A DNA stretch of 64,000 nucleotides from Rhizobiaceae bacterium (GTDB lineage Bacteria; Pseudomonadota; Alphaproteobacteria; Rhizobiales; Rhizobiaceae). Every line of letters starts with the position of its first letter. Positions within the stretch are counted from its first letter, which is position 1. Position numbers and translations under genes: made by a program. The stretch covers positions 2,098 to 66,097 of the forward strand of contig JASFYT010000034.1 in assembly GCA_045047085.1 (NCBI GenBank), given 5' to 3'. This document shows, piece by piece, positions 24,979-35,567 of the stretch. Below the pieces are notes generated by a model. The model saw only the letters and a list, made by a program, of their open reading frames with translations, made no database searches and was not told the DNA's origin.

Positions 24979-26240
24979 TTGTTCATTCCAAACCTTGCCA
25001 GCCGTGCCGTGCCGTATGCAGCTTCCATATTTAGGGGGACTGCCATTTCCACACCAAGGCGCCGCTCCCTCAATCGCGTCCAAATCAGGTTTTTTGCCCC
25101 ACCGCCAACTGTTCGCAAAGAGGTCAATGTCGGTGCTCCAAGCTCTGCCAGTTTTTGATAAGCCATCGCCTCCACTTCGGCAATCCCTTCTAATAAACCT
25201 TTGAGAAATATGGCTCGGTCGTCCGGTCGCGGAGAAATCCGTGGTTCCAAATTGGGGTCTGAAATCGGAAAGCGCTCCCCGGGCTTTGACAATGGATAAT
25301 AATCCAACCCACTATCGCATTCGGGATCGATGGCGCTGGACAAGTTGACCATCTCCTCGAGTGTAAAATGTTCGAGTAACACATTACCACCGGTATTAGA
25401 TGCCCCACCAGCGAGCCACTGATCAAGAATACGATGGCTGTAAACGCCAGAAGAGGGATCAAAAATTGGAGTGTCAGATAAAATCTTAATGGTCAAAGTC
25501 GTACCAAGCGCGCTGACCCCATCTCCGGGCTTTTCAGCTCCAGTCGCCAGGAATGACGCACAACCATCTGTGGTTCCCGCAACAATTTTTACATGAGCAG
25601 GAAGCCCAAATTCACTTGCCATCGAAGGTAATATTTCAGCAAAAGGTGTCCCCGGCGCATTCACTTCCGGCAACAGCGTTAGATCAAGCCCTGTCTTGGA
25701 AATCCAGTCTGGCCAACACCCCGCAATTGGATCGTATCCGGTTTTCAGAGCATTATTATCATCACTGGCATAAATACCACTTAGCTGTCCGGCTATCCAG
25801 TCAGCCTGATGCACCACACTGGCAGGCTTACAACTTTTCTGAAACATCAGCGCCTTGGCCATACCACTGGTTGGTCCATGGGCCGCACTTTCAAGCGGTG
25901 CATATTGTGCAATTGTTTTAAGGATCGATTTATCCTCGCATGGATCGTTATACATGCGTCCCTGAGCCAGCGGACAACCTTTGACGTCAGTCGGGATCAT
26001 CGTACCCGATGTGCCATCAACGCATATGGCCACCACTTTGGTGCTATCGATCTGGTTCAATGCAGCGCTTAACGCGGTCTTTGCTGCTGCCCACCAAATA
26101 TCAGGGTCACGGTAATTGTTACCATGATCCGCCATCATGGATTTCCCCTCGCCGACCACATCTCCCTCGTGGGACATAGCGATAGCACGCGCACCGGATG
26201 TGCCTAAATCAAGCCCGACATAGATCGCATCATTCGGCAT
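24975..26240 (-). CDS. FGGY-family carbohydrate kinase (ribulokinase/xylulokinase-like)
   Basis: VGLDLGTSGARA N-terminal motif and the C-terminal TVGGGAKNLIWTRL. Likely ATG at 26240 (MPNDAIYVGLDLG). Confidence 0.85.
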   Translation of the reverse strand: MPNDAIYVGLDLGTSGARAIAMSHEGDVVGEGKSMMADHGNNYRDPDIWWAAAKTALSAALNQIDSTKVVAICVDGTSGTMIPTDVKGCPLAQGRMYNDPCEDKSILKTIAQYAPLESAAHGPTSGMAKALMFQKSCKPASVVHQADWIAGQLSGIYASDDNNALKTGYDPIAGCWPDWISKTGLDLTLLPEVNAPGTPFAEILPSMASEFGLPAHVKIVAGTTDGCASFLATGAEKPGDGVSALGTTLTIKILSDTPIFDPSSGVYSHRILDQWLAGGASNTGGNVLLEHFTLEEMVNLSSAIDPECDSGLDYYPLSKPGERFPISDPNLEPRISPRPDDRAIFLKGLLEGIAEVEAMAYQKLAELGAPTLTSLRTVGGGAKNLIWTRLRERRLGVEMAVPLNMEAAYGTARLARFGMNK

Positions 26241-27312
26241 TGAGCGCCTTTCGATATTTTTCCGCATCCCAATCCAGAAGTTCCAAATTTTGTTCGTGGG
26301 TCAAATAGCAAAGCTCCGCGTCCACCGGTAGACGCAGCAGCACATCTACCAAGCATCGCATCAATGCATGGGCGCCGCTGCTCGCATCCCTGCGAACCAA
26401 AACGCCCTGCTCCGGTACAATCAGAAAAACCGGCGCAGGAGCACCAGTTTTCAGTACTCTTGTCTTTGCCTGAATTGGCGATTCATCGTCCGCCAACGCC
26501 GTTGCACCGATACCACAAAAAATCACATGGTCAGGATAAAGGCTGCCTGATGTGGCCTGTTTCACCCGAACAGGATCAAGCGCCAACTGATGAAGCATCA
26601 GATATTCAGGTAACACATACTCGCTCGATTGCGCCAATTCCTCCAGAGACGTCAGATCAGGCGCGACTTCAGGCTGGCTGTCGATTGCCAGCCGCTTATG
26701 CACTTCAATTAACAGCGCGTGAGCCTGCTCAACACTATCACCCGCGACAATCACTCCATGATTACCAAGAACAACTACGTTGGTCTTTCCATCAAGTCTC
26801 TGGATAACAAGATTGGCAAGGGTCGCACCCGGTTTTACATATTGAACCAGCGCCCAGTTAAGCCCCGCAAGTGTTGTTGCAAGCAATTCCTCACGCTCCA
26901 CTTGCACGGCATGAACGATGGTGTGAATGCAGTGAGCGTGAAGAACTATTTTCTGAGAAAAAACCGCATGAAGGCTGGTCTCAATTGATGGGCGAAGATC
27001 AAGCCCGCCAGGTAACAAAAATTCAGCCGGCTGGTCTGCACGCGCTTCGCCAGCAAGCATCGAGCGCCGCATTTTCAGCAGATCAACCGGAACAAATATA
27101 TCTTTGTCTTCAGCATCAGCCAGCAATGTTCCCGATGCCTTAATCCACATCACATCGCCATCCTTAATGGATGTATTCCCTCCCGCTGATTGAACTAGCA
27201 TTGGGTCTGCGCCTATCTCGGCAGAAACCTTTCGGAGTGCTGCAAATTCTTCAAGTTCAGGCTGATTTAACGGAGTCATTTTCGTACCATACTTTAAATT
27301 TGGATTTTTCAT
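26230..27312 (-). CDS. class-II aldolase/adducin-domain protein (N-terminal-half type of the bifunctional aldolase/SDR family)
   Basis: SAGGNTSIKDGDVMWIKASG and HAHCIHTIV motifs. The start is uncertain (27312 or 27279). Confidence 0.65.
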   Translation of the reverse strand: MKNPNLKYGTKMTPLNQPELEEFAALRKVSAEIGADPMLVQSAGGNTSIKDGDVMWIKASGTLLADAEDKDIFVPVDLLKMRRSMLAGEARADQPAEFLLPGGLDLRPSIETSLHAVFSQKIVLHAHCIHTIVHAVQVEREELLATTLAGLNWALVQYVKPGATLANLVIQRLDGKTNVVVLGNHGVIVAGDSVEQAHALLIEVHKRLAIDSQPEVAPDLTSLEELAQSSEYVLPEYLMLHQLALDPVRVKQATSGSLYPDHVIFCGIGATALADDESPIQAKTRVLKTGAPAPVFLIVPEQGVLVRRDASSGAHALMRCLVDVLLRLPVDAELCYLTHEQNLELLDWDAEKYRKALNAE

Positions 27313-28807
27313 TATTGCTCATATGCAGACCGTGTTTGGTCCGACGATATAAAATGTCTTCAACTGAAATTGCCCATTCTTTTTCACACAAATAGCGCAC
27401 TTCGCTTTGATATAATAGCGGCCCAAACTTGATACCCAAACCGTCCAGCGATCCCGCCCGAGACAGTATCTCATTCGAACGCGTTCCATAGAGCCGCGCA
27501 TAATGTGTGGCGAGATCATCAGGCAACCACGGATATTCACGGAGTACAGATTTCAGAAACCCATCAAAATCAGCATCCGGAAATTCCCCACCGGGAAGTA
27601 TTGCTTCGGCAGTCCAGTCCTTACCCATATCCGGGAATGTTTTATCCAGACGATGCATCGCTTGTTCAGCGAGTTTGCGGAACGTCGTGATCTTGCCACC
27701 AAAAATGTTCAGTAATGGTGCGCCACCATTTGTATCAAGATCAAAAACATAATCGCGGGTCACTGCGCTGGGATTGCCCTTGCCATCATCAAATAATGGT
27801 CGCACACCGGAGAAGCTTTCAAGTACATCTTTACGGTTTAATTTCTGTTTGAAATAGCGGTTTACAACAGCAATTAGATAATAGATCTCGTCCTCATCCA
27901 CGGTGACATCTTCTGGGGCACCTTCATATGGAATATCGGTCGTGCCAATAAGCGCTTTATCCCCTTCATAAGGGTTTATGAATATCACGCGCTTATCTTT
28001 GTTTTGTACCAGGTAGGCCTGTTCCCCATCCCAGAATTTGGGAACAACAATATGACTGCCCTTGATCAACAGCACTTCACGCGTGGAATTGGAGCCTGCA
28101 ACGCGGCTGATAATGTCATTCACCCACGGCCCGCCTGCATTAACAATTGCACGCGCTGTAATCTCAGATTTTTCATCCGACATGGAGTTTGTAATCTCGA
28201 CCTTCCACACATCACCTTCCCTGCGCACGGTGTTACAAACGGTACGGGTCAGAATTTTTGCGCCCTTCTCAGCAGCATCGATAGCATTCAGCATTACAAG
28301 GCGGGCATCATCAACCCAACAGTCAGAATATTCAAACCCCTTGGAGAAATGATCCTTGATTGGGGCACCCTTTGGATCATTCCGTAGATTGAGCACACGC
28401 GTTCCGGGCAGCTTTTTGCGTCCTCCCAGGTTGTCATACAAAAACAAACCCAGGCGGATCAGCCACGCGGGTCTGTCCTGAGGGCTATGGGGTAAAACAA
28501 ATCGCATTGGCCAAATGATATGTGCTGCCGAGTTCAACAAAACTTCACGTTCAATCAAGGATTCACGCACTAAACGAAATTCATAATATTCCAAATAGCG
28601 CAGCCCACCATGAACCAGTTTTCCAGATCGTGAAGACGTCCCCTGAGCCAAATCATCCTTTTCACAAAGTACAACCGATAGTCCACGACCAGACGCATCC
28701 CGCGCAATACCAGTTCCATTGATACCGCCACCTATTATAAAAAGGTCAACCGTATCTTTTGCATCAACTCTCATATGGGCAATGTTTTGATTGGGCTTGT
28801 CGTTCAT
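27257..28807 (-). CDS. glpD: FAD-dependent glycerol-3-phosphate-dehydrogenase-family enzyme (GlpD / EryB-like), copy 1
   Basis: 516 aa with DLFIIGGGINGTGIARDASGRGL, GKLVHGGLRYLE, and the C-terminal ILYRRTK block. Confidence 0.85.
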   Translation of the reverse strand: MNDKPNQNIAHMRVDAKDTVDLFIIGGGINGTGIARDASGRGLSVVLCEKDDLAQGTSSRSGKLVHGGLRYLEYYEFRLVRESLIEREVLLNSAAHIIWPMRFVLPHSPQDRPAWLIRLGLFLYDNLGGRKKLPGTRVLNLRNDPKGAPIKDHFSKGFEYSDCWVDDARLVMLNAIDAAEKGAKILTRTVCNTVRREGDVWKVEITNSMSDEKSEITARAIVNAGGPWVNDIISRVAGSNSTREVLLIKGSHIVVPKFWDGEQAYLVQNKDKRVIFINPYEGDKALIGTTDIPYEGAPEDVTVDEDEIYYLIAVVNRYFKQKLNRKDVLESFSGVRPLFDDGKGNPSAVTRDYVFDLDTNGGAPLLNIFGGKITTFRKLAEQAMHRLDKTFPDMGKDWTAEAILPGGEFPDADFDGFLKSVLREYPWLPDDLATHYARLYGTRSNEILSRAGSLDGLGIKFGPLLYQSEVRYLCEKEWAISVEDILYRRTKHGLHMSNNEKSKFKVWYENDSVKSA

Positions 28808-28816
28808 TCTAATATC

Positions 28817-29857
28817 TCAGCAAGGATTTCGCGGAGGTTCGCCAGATATAAAGCGGCGGACCTCTTCGGCGGCTTGTTCAGCTGCATAGGTAATAGTACG
28901 AACAGATGCCCCCGCAATGTGTGGTGTCAGGGTAACATTTTCCAATTTCAAGAGAGGCCAGTCGGCAGGCACGGGCTCCACCGCAAAAGTTTCCAACATA
29001 GCGCTGCCAAGGTTACCATCAGTCAAGGCCTCGTAAAGCGCATCATAATCACAAAGAGGCCCTCGCGCCGTATTCACAAAAAGCGCACCCTGTTTCATTT
29101 TGGCAAAGCTTTCCTTGTTCATGATGTGACGGGTTTCTTCGGTCACTCTTGGATGAAGGGTGACCACATCTGAACTCTCCAGCAAGGTATCAAGACTGAC
29201 TAGCTCAACACCAGCATCCCCATCATGTGGGTCCAATTGAACATAAGGATCATTAACAAGAATTTTCGCTCCGAACGCCCGCAATAACCGCACTACTTTA
29301 GTACCTATATTGCCATAACCAATCACACCGACCGTGAGTTCATTTAGTTCTCGTCCAGTGATATCAGCACGATATAAATCGCCGCGCCAGTCCCCTTTGC
29401 GCAATGCCTCATGCCCCAAACGAATTTTTCGAGTTTCAGCCAGAATGGCGCCAATCGTAAACTCCGCAACAGCACTGGCATTTCTACCCGGTGTGTTAAC
29501 AACAAAAATTCCATGGTCGCGCGCCGCGACCATATCAATATTCACCGGTCCACCCCGTGAAACTGCGATCATTTTGAGGTTCGGGAGCCTTTCCAGCATT
29601 TCCCGCGACATCGGCGCCAGATGGGTCACGAGAATTTCTGCATCCCCAATAAAATCAATTACATCTTCCGCTGTGCCAAAATACTCGTACAACCCCTCAA
29701 TACCACCTTCAGAATTTCCATTTTTCATGGGTTCATCGGGCCAATTATATTTTTGGGTGTTTGTGGTAATGAGCCCACCGCATATCTCTTGCAGTTTTTC
29801 ATCAAACACTTCCGGCAACATGAAATGATCGCCAATTATTGCAATCTGTCTGGTCAT
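28817..29857 (-). CDS. D-isomer-specific 2-hydroxyacid dehydrogenase family protein
   Basis: VGVIGYGNIGTKVV Rossmann motif and TPHIAGAS. The ATG at 29857 overlaps the upstream TGA (ATGA). Confidence 0.8.
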   Translation of the reverse strand: MTRQIAIIGDHFMLPEVFDEKLQEICGGLITTNTQKYNWPDEPMKNGNSEGGIEGLYEYFGTAEDVIDFIGDAEILVTHLAPMSREMLERLPNLKMIAVSRGGPVNIDMVAARDHGIFVVNTPGRNASAVAEFTIGAILAETRKIRLGHEALRKGDWRGDLYRADITGRELNELTVGVIGYGNIGTKVVRLLRAFGAKILVNDPYVQLDPHDGDAGVELVSLDTLLESSDVVTLHPRVTEETRHIMNKESFAKMKQGALFVNTARGPLCDYDALYEALTDGNLGSAMLETFAVEPVPADWPLLKLENVTLTPHIAGASVRTITYAAEQAAEEVRRFISGEPPRNPC

Positions 29858-31419
29858 TCTATCTCTCCTGTTCCCTGAGAACTGGCAAGGCCTGCCCAAA
29901 CAGGCGACAATGTTTGGCGTGCGGTGTAATATTGTGGGAATAATTTGTCATATATATCTGCGAGATCGGGGTCTGGCGTTTCAACAGAACCAAGCAATGG
30001 CGTCACCCAGACATCAATGCAATCTTCAATTCGCTCATAGGCACCGACTGCAACTGCAGCCATCATTGCAGCCCCGGCGGCACCTGCTTCTTCGCGGGAG
30101 GAGCATCTAACGGGCCTGTTTAGAACAGCACTCAGAATACCACGCAACGGGTCAGATTTTGCCGCACCACCGGTGAGACGTACTTCATTTGGCAAATCAC
30201 CCATGGCCTCGTAACAATCTCGCGCAGCCATACCCAATCCCTCGACTACGCCGCGCATCATATCTCCAAAACGGTGGGATGAATTGAGACCGACAAAGCC
30301 AGCCCGTGCATCATTGCTAACAAAAGGACCACGCTCTCCAGCCTCTGAGATATAAGGGTGGTATAACATACCCCCAGCTTTGCCGGAGTTAATCCAGCGA
30401 TCCACATGGGTAAGCAATTCAGAATGTGTGACCTTAACCCCAAGGTCTGAAATCAAATCGGAAGCAACGTTTAGCATCCAGTCAATATTTAAGGTCGAAG
30501 CCATATTGGATTGTATTTGAGCCACCAAACCATCAATTGGCAGCGCCATTACATAACCAGTTTTTTCCTCATTTAGCTGCACATCCTGCACTAAAGTGGC
30601 GCGCATATGCATTCCGGTTGAACCCACAATGGTACAACCGGCATTTGTATCTTTGGTATAAATACCCGCCCCCAGCGCGGTACAAACCACATCAACATAC
30701 CCAAGCGAAACAGGTGTTCCCTGTAGCAAACCTGTTTGCGACGCCGCATCAACACTCAAACCGTGCATGATTTTTGTACCATCGATAATCGGCGGCAACA
30801 TGCTACGTCTGGAAGTAAGACCTAGAATTTCGATGACTTCGTCATCATATTCACTTGTGCGGTAATTCCCGAAGGTGAAACTTGCCTCTGATGGGTCAAC
30901 CACCCGCTCACCTGTGAGGTTGAAATAGAGCCAGTCCTTGCAATGGAAAGCAGTCTCGGCTCCGTCAATAAGCTCTGGCATATCCGATTGCATATAGGCC
31001 AATTGTGCGCCCTGCTGGCACGAATTAAGCCCCGCCCCGGTTTTTTCAAACCGTAACCTGTCTTCAGGCTTTGCTCGTAAACGTTGCACCTGAGGTGCAG
31101 AACGTGAATCAAGCCAAAGCCAGCCATCTCCAACGGACGCTCCATTCTTGTCAATAAGCCATGTGCCATCGCCCTGCCCTGTCACTGCCAAAGCGGCAAC
31201 TCGTTCAGCAAGATTTGGAACTTTCTCCGCCAAATCCCGGAGGGTTTTCGTGCAATCTTCCCACGTCTGACCAAGCGACTGACTGGCTGTACCATCAGCG
31301 AGCACAGTATATCTATTGGGAACGGAAGCAGCAGCAATCTGTCGCCCCGAAAGATCAAATGCCACGGATTTAACAACCGATGTGCCAGAATCTATCCCAA
31401 TGAGAATGTCCTTGCTCAT
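29854..31419 (-). CDS. FGGY-family carbohydrate kinase (EryA/L-xylulokinase-like)
   Basis: 521 aa with IGIDSGTSVVKSV and LTGGAAKSDPL. Confidence 0.85.
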   Translation of the reverse strand: MSKDILIGIDSGTSVVKSVAFDLSGRQIAAASVPNRYTVLADGTASQSLGQTWEDCTKTLRDLAEKVPNLAERVAALAVTGQGDGTWLIDKNGASVGDGWLWLDSRSAPQVQRLRAKPEDRLRFEKTGAGLNSCQQGAQLAYMQSDMPELIDGAETAFHCKDWLYFNLTGERVVDPSEASFTFGNYRTSEYDDEVIEILGLTSRRSMLPPIIDGTKIMHGLSVDAASQTGLLQGTPVSLGYVDVVCTALGAGIYTKDTNAGCTIVGSTGMHMRATLVQDVQLNEEKTGYVMALPIDGLVAQIQSNMASTLNIDWMLNVASDLISDLGVKVTHSELLTHVDRWINSGKAGGMLYHPYISEAGERGPFVSNDARAGFVGLNSSHRFGDMMRGVVEGLGMAARDCYEAMGDLPNEVRLTGGAAKSDPLRGILSAVLNRPVRCSSREEAGAAGAAMMAAVAVGAYERIEDCIDVWVTPLLGSVETPDPDLADIYDKLFPQYYTARQTLSPVWAGLASSQGTGEIE

Positions 31420-32543
31420 CAGGCAATATCCTGCCCATGACTGACCGCCATACCGGATGCCGGGTTAAAAACATGGAGACTGGCCGGATCCAATATAACA
31501 GATATGGGCTGCCCTTCTTCCAATTTGGCCCGGTCATGCTCAACCAATACTATTGTACCGCCTGCAAATTTCGCGGCTATGTGACTTTGGTCTCCCAGCC
31601 ACTGGTTTGCTATGACAATCCCGGGAGCTCCCTCATCACTGAGCTTAACCGCGTAAGGTCTCACACCAATGACAACATCTTTCATTGATAGTAGTTTTTC
31701 ACGAACATCAGGTGCGAAATCCCCTTCTGGATAACTCAGATCAAGCCCGCCTTCCAATTTGAGATCCAACTTCCCATTTGCGCTCGAAACTACTGCCGGA
31801 AAAACATTCATTGGCGGTTCACCGATAAAAGTGCCGGTAAAAAGATTTGCCGGCCGTTCTTTGATTTCTTCGGGGCTGGCATATTGCTGAAGTTCGCCGT
31901 CTTCCATCACAGCGATCTTGTCAGCCAATGCATTCGCTTCCGTCTGGTCGTGTGTTACCAGAATAGCTGTCAGACCGCGTTCCTTGACGTAGTGTTTGAT
32001 ACGACCGCGCAACAATGTACGCAATTGCGGTTCGAGTTGCCCCATAGGTTCATCAAGAAGGTGCAGATCAGCATCGCGGATCAAAGCACGGGCAAGTGAC
32101 GCACGTTGCTGCTGCCCGCCAGATATTGAAGATGGAAAGCGCTCCAGAATATCTGAAATCTCGAGCATGCTCGCAATATCGTCAACTTTGCTGGTTATGT
32201 CGCCCGCACTCAAACTAGTAGCCTTGAGCGCAAAGGCAATATTGTCTCGCACCGAAACTGTGGGATAAAGAGAATATCCCTCAAACGCCATCGCAACATT
32301 GCGTTTGACTGGGCGCAGCATATGCACTTCACGCCCGGCCAGATGAATTTTACCACGACTTGTTGATTCAAAACCCGCAACCATCCGCAAAGTCGATGTC
32401 TTACCGCAACCTGATGACCCAAGCAGGGCAACAATATCACCTTGCTCCACCTCCAGATTAATATCCTTGACCGCATGAACCCCAGCATCAATGGTGCCAT
32501 AGAATTTGTCGATATTTTCTAGTCTCAGCAAGGGTTGATTCAT
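31419..32543 (-). CDS. ABC sugar/polyol transporter ATP-binding protein (MalK/UgpC-like), subunit 2
   Basis: GSSGCGKTS, ISGGQQQR, and LHLLDEP. Confidence 0.9.
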   Translation of the reverse strand: MNQPLLRLENIDKFYGTIDAGVHAVKDINLEVEQGDIVALLGSSGCGKTSTLRMVAGFESTSRGKIHLAGREVHMLRPVKRNVAMAFEGYSLYPTVSVRDNIAFALKATSLSAGDITSKVDDIASMLEISDILERFPSSISGGQQQRASLARALIRDADLHLLDEPMGQLEPQLRTLLRGRIKHYVKERGLTAILVTHDQTEANALADKIAVMEDGELQQYASPEEIKERPANLFTGTFIGEPPMNVFPAVVSSANGKLDLKLEGGLDLSYPEGDFAPDVREKLLSMKDVVIGVRPYAVKLSDEGAPGIVIANQWLGDQSHIAAKFAGGTIVLVEHDRAKLEEGQPISVILDPASLHVFNPASGMAVSHGQDIA

Positions 32544-33655
32544 GCCACTTCTCCCTGTTTTGCAGCGACGGTCCCAGTTGGTTTTATCCGTTCACCAGAT
32601 TTCCGGTCGAAGAGCATCATATTGCTCATATCAATGGCCACATAAGCTTCACCCAATTCGGGTCCGGGAGCGCCGGCTGGTCTGGAAATCATGATATCGC
32701 GACCTCCAGCTGTGCGAGTAAGACTGACTGTTTTTTCATTCAACGGTGTCTCTGCCTCAACGGTCACAGGAAAAGCGTTAGCGACATCCTTATCAACGAA
32801 ATGGATAGCCTCAGGTCGAATGCCCAAAACGCAATCTTGCCCAATCGTATCCGCAAGAAGTTCACCAATGGCTACCGATTGACCCGAAAGACGAACTTCT
32901 ACACTTGCCTTAGTGCGTTGTGGAATCACATCCAAAAGATTAATCACTGGGTCACCAAACAACCGCGCTGTCTCAACGCTACTAGGTCGAAGATAAATTT
33001 CTTCCGGAGTGCCTATCTGTTGAATTCCGCGACCATTCATTACAGCAATATTATCACCCAGTGCCATAGCTTCTTTATAATCCTGCGTTACATAAATTAC
33101 CGTGGCGTTCTGATCTTTCAAAAGTCGCGGTAATTCAAGACGCATTTCAAAGCGAAGCTTCGCATCCACATTGCGCAACGGATCGTCCAGAAGCAGGATG
33201 GACGGCTGTCCAGCCAACGCACGAGCAAGGGCCGTACGTTGTTTTTGGCCGTTCGAAAGTTCCTTGGGCTTATGGTCAAGCACGTGTTCAATTTTCAGCA
33301 ACCGCGCCAAGCTCTCAACCCCTGCTTTAATGGCAGATTTGCTTTGTCTGCGCGCAGTCAGCGGACTGGCGATATTTTCATGCGCGTCCATATGTGGAAA
33401 CAGCGCAAAGTTTTGAAACGCCATGCCAATGCCGCGATCTTCCGGCTCGACCCCATCCATATTGCGCCCATTGACTTCGATCACACCTTCATCTTGTTCA
33501 ATCACACCAGCAATCAGCCGCAATAGAACTGTTTTACCGGCACCGGACGGGCCAAAGAGAATAAGGGTTTCGCCTTGATTGACCGACAATGAAACATCAT
33601 CAAGAATAAGATCCTCTTTGAAAGATTTGACGATATTTGAAAGTTTAAGTGACAT
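32540..33655 (-). CDS. ABC sugar/polyol transporter ATP-binding protein, subunit 1
   Basis: GPSGAGKTV, LSNGQKQR, and ILLLDDP. Confidence 0.9.
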   Translation of the reverse strand: MSLKLSNIVKSFKEDLILDDVSLSVNQGETLILFGPSGAGKTVLLRLIAGVIEQDEGVIEVNGRNMDGVEPEDRGIGMAFQNFALFPHMDAHENIASPLTARRQSKSAIKAGVESLARLLKIEHVLDHKPKELSNGQKQRTALARALAGQPSILLLDDPLRNVDAKLRFEMRLELPRLLKDQNATVIYVTQDYKEAMALGDNIAVMNGRGIQQIGTPEEIYLRPSSVETARLFGDPVINLLDVIPQRTKASVEVRLSGQSVAIGELLADTIGQDCVLGIRPEAIHFVDKDVANAFPVTVEAETPLNEKTVSLTRTAGGRDIMISRPAGAPGPELGEAYVAIDMSNMMLFDRKSGERIKPTGTVAAKQGEVA

Positions 33656-33658
33656 AAT

Positions 33659-34516
33659 TTATCCCTTCACCGCACCAAGTGACAAACCCTCGACCAGATA
33701 ACGTTGGGCATAAAGTGCAAGCGCAAAGGTGGGTGCAATTGAAAGCACGATGCCTGCAGCAATTTGGCCATACTGGATGCCTGAAGCCGTAATAAAGGCG
33801 AGCGCACCAACGGTTACCGGTTGCTTGTCGGCGGAAGCCAAAACCAATGCGAAGATGAAGTTATTCCACGAAAATATGAAGGCCAGCAGGCCAGCCGCAG
33901 CGATGCCCGGTGCAGCTAATGGCAGGGCAATTTTGCGGAATGTTGAAAACCAACTGTGACCGGCAATGCGATAGGCATATTCTATATCGGCTGGAATATC
34001 TTCAAAATAGCCCCGCACAATCCAGAGGATCAACGGCAATACAATGAGCTGGTAGACCCAGATCAACCCGATATAAGTGTTAGCAAGGCCAATCTGTTGG
34101 AAATAGATCGTTAGCGGCAACAACACCAAAAGCGGGGGCGCAAACTTGAATGACAGCAGCGTAAAAGCGATATCTTCAGAGCCACGAAATTTCAAACGGG
34201 CAAAGGCATAAGCTGCCGGAACGCCAAGGATAAGCCCGACCGCGACCGAAGCTGTCGAAAGGAACAGGGAATTAAAGAGGTTCCGCATGAATTCAATTTT
34301 CAGCGACCCAGCCGCCGTATTCAATTCCCCAGTAATCAGCGCCACGTAATTTGTGACGGTTGGTGCAAAATCAATCGATGGTGGCACACGCAGGATGGTC
34401 TCATTGGTCTGGAACGACATTAATATGATCCATAAAATCGGGAACATAAAAAACAGGATTACCAGCGTAATTGCGATAGAGCGCAGGACGCGTTCAGTGA
34501 TGCTTGAGGTTTCCAT
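33659..34516 (-). CDS. ABC transporter permease (carbohydrate type)
   Basis: Hydrophobic, with the EAA-like loop IEYAYRIAGHSWFSTFRKIALP. The ATG at 34516 is preceded by GGAGAGG. Confidence 0.85.
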   Translation of the reverse strand: METSSITERVLRSIAITLVILFFMFPILWIILMSFQTNETILRVPPSIDFAPTVTNYVALITGELNTAAGSLKIEFMRNLFNSLFLSTASVAVGLILGVPAAYAFARLKFRGSEDIAFTLLSFKFAPPLLVLLPLTIYFQQIGLANTYIGLIWVYQLIVLPLILWIVRGYFEDIPADIEYAYRIAGHSWFSTFRKIALPLAAPGIAAAGLLAFIFSWNNFIFALVLASADKQPVTVGALAFITASGIQYGQIAAGIVLSIAPTFALALYAQRYLVEGLSLGAVKG

Positions 34517-34526
34517 TGGCCTCTCC

Positions 34527-35450
34527 TTACTCGTAACCGCGCGCTTTTTCGCGCAGACGCAGCCAGTTTTTGATAAATACATTCGACAGGAAGTATGTGA
34601 TCGCCCAAAGGATCATTAGCAACGCTGACGAACGTGCCACATTGGTCGACTGGAAGAAATTCAGATAGGCTTCCACCTGAAATACCGTCAGTTGATCGCC
34701 CGGCCCGCCTTGGGTCATGGCGTAGATAATGTCAAATTGTTGGATCGATTCAATCACACGGAACAAGGTCGCCGTTAGCAAAAAGGGCGTCAGCATTGGT
34801 AGTGTGATGCGCCAAAACACGAAAAGACGTGGAACACCATCCAGCTCAGCCGCCTCAAAAGGTTGGCGCGGCAGTGAACGTAGTCCGGCCAGAAGCAGAA
34901 TCATGATGAAGGGTGTATAGACCCACACATCAACAATCACCACAGTCAGCATTGCTGTTGCAGGATCAGATGCCCAGCGCATATTCTCGAAACCAAGCAG
35001 TGTTGCGAAATAGCTGAGAATACCAAATCCCGGATTGGTCATCAATTTCCACATAAGAGATGCAAGTGCTGGCGCCGTCATCAGCGGCATAAGCAACATA
35101 ATCGAAACGAAATTGTTGAAGCGGTTTCTTCTCTGCAAAAGCAACGCAATACCAAGTCCGAGCAACAGTTCGATACCAACCGTCGAAACCGCATATATCA
35201 TTGAGACTTTGAGCGTGTTCCAGAACGATGGATCGGTCATGAAATTCAGGTAGTTTTCACCCCAATTGAACTTCCTGGCCCATGGTTGCGAAAGACGGTA
35301 GCGCTGTAACGAATAGATTGCCGCTGTAAAAAACGGAATGAGAATGCCGATACAGGTCAAAAGTGCAGGCAAGCTTAAGAGATAGGGCAGATAACGCCGG
35401 CTAACTCTGAAACGTCGCTTTGGCAGATCGGTAATATTTGCGTCAGACAT
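34527..35450 (-). CDS. ABC transporter permease (carbohydrate type)
   Basis: 307 aa with FEAAELDGVPRLFVFWRITLP. Confidence 0.85.
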   Translation of the reverse strand: MSDANITDLPKRRFRVSRRYLPYLLSLPALLTCIGILIPFFTAAIYSLQRYRLSQPWARKFNWGENYLNFMTDPSFWNTLKVSMIYAVSTVGIELLLGLGIALLLQRRNRFNNFVSIMLLMPLMTAPALASLMWKLMTNPGFGILSYFATLLGFENMRWASDPATAMLTVVIVDVWVYTPFIMILLLAGLRSLPRQPFEAAELDGVPRLFVFWRITLPMLTPFLLTATLFRVIESIQQFDIIYAMTQGGPGDQLTVFQVEAYLNFFQSTNVARSSALLMILWAITYFLSNVFIKNWLRLREKARGYE

Positions 35451-35567
35451 ATTTCATTTTTCCGCCGCCCAATATTGCAAAGGGAGACCGTCTTAGGTTT
35501 TACAAGTTGTATTAAAAGCGAACCCGCCTCGTTCGGAGAAAGAAGAGGCGAGCCCGGTCGGGAGGCT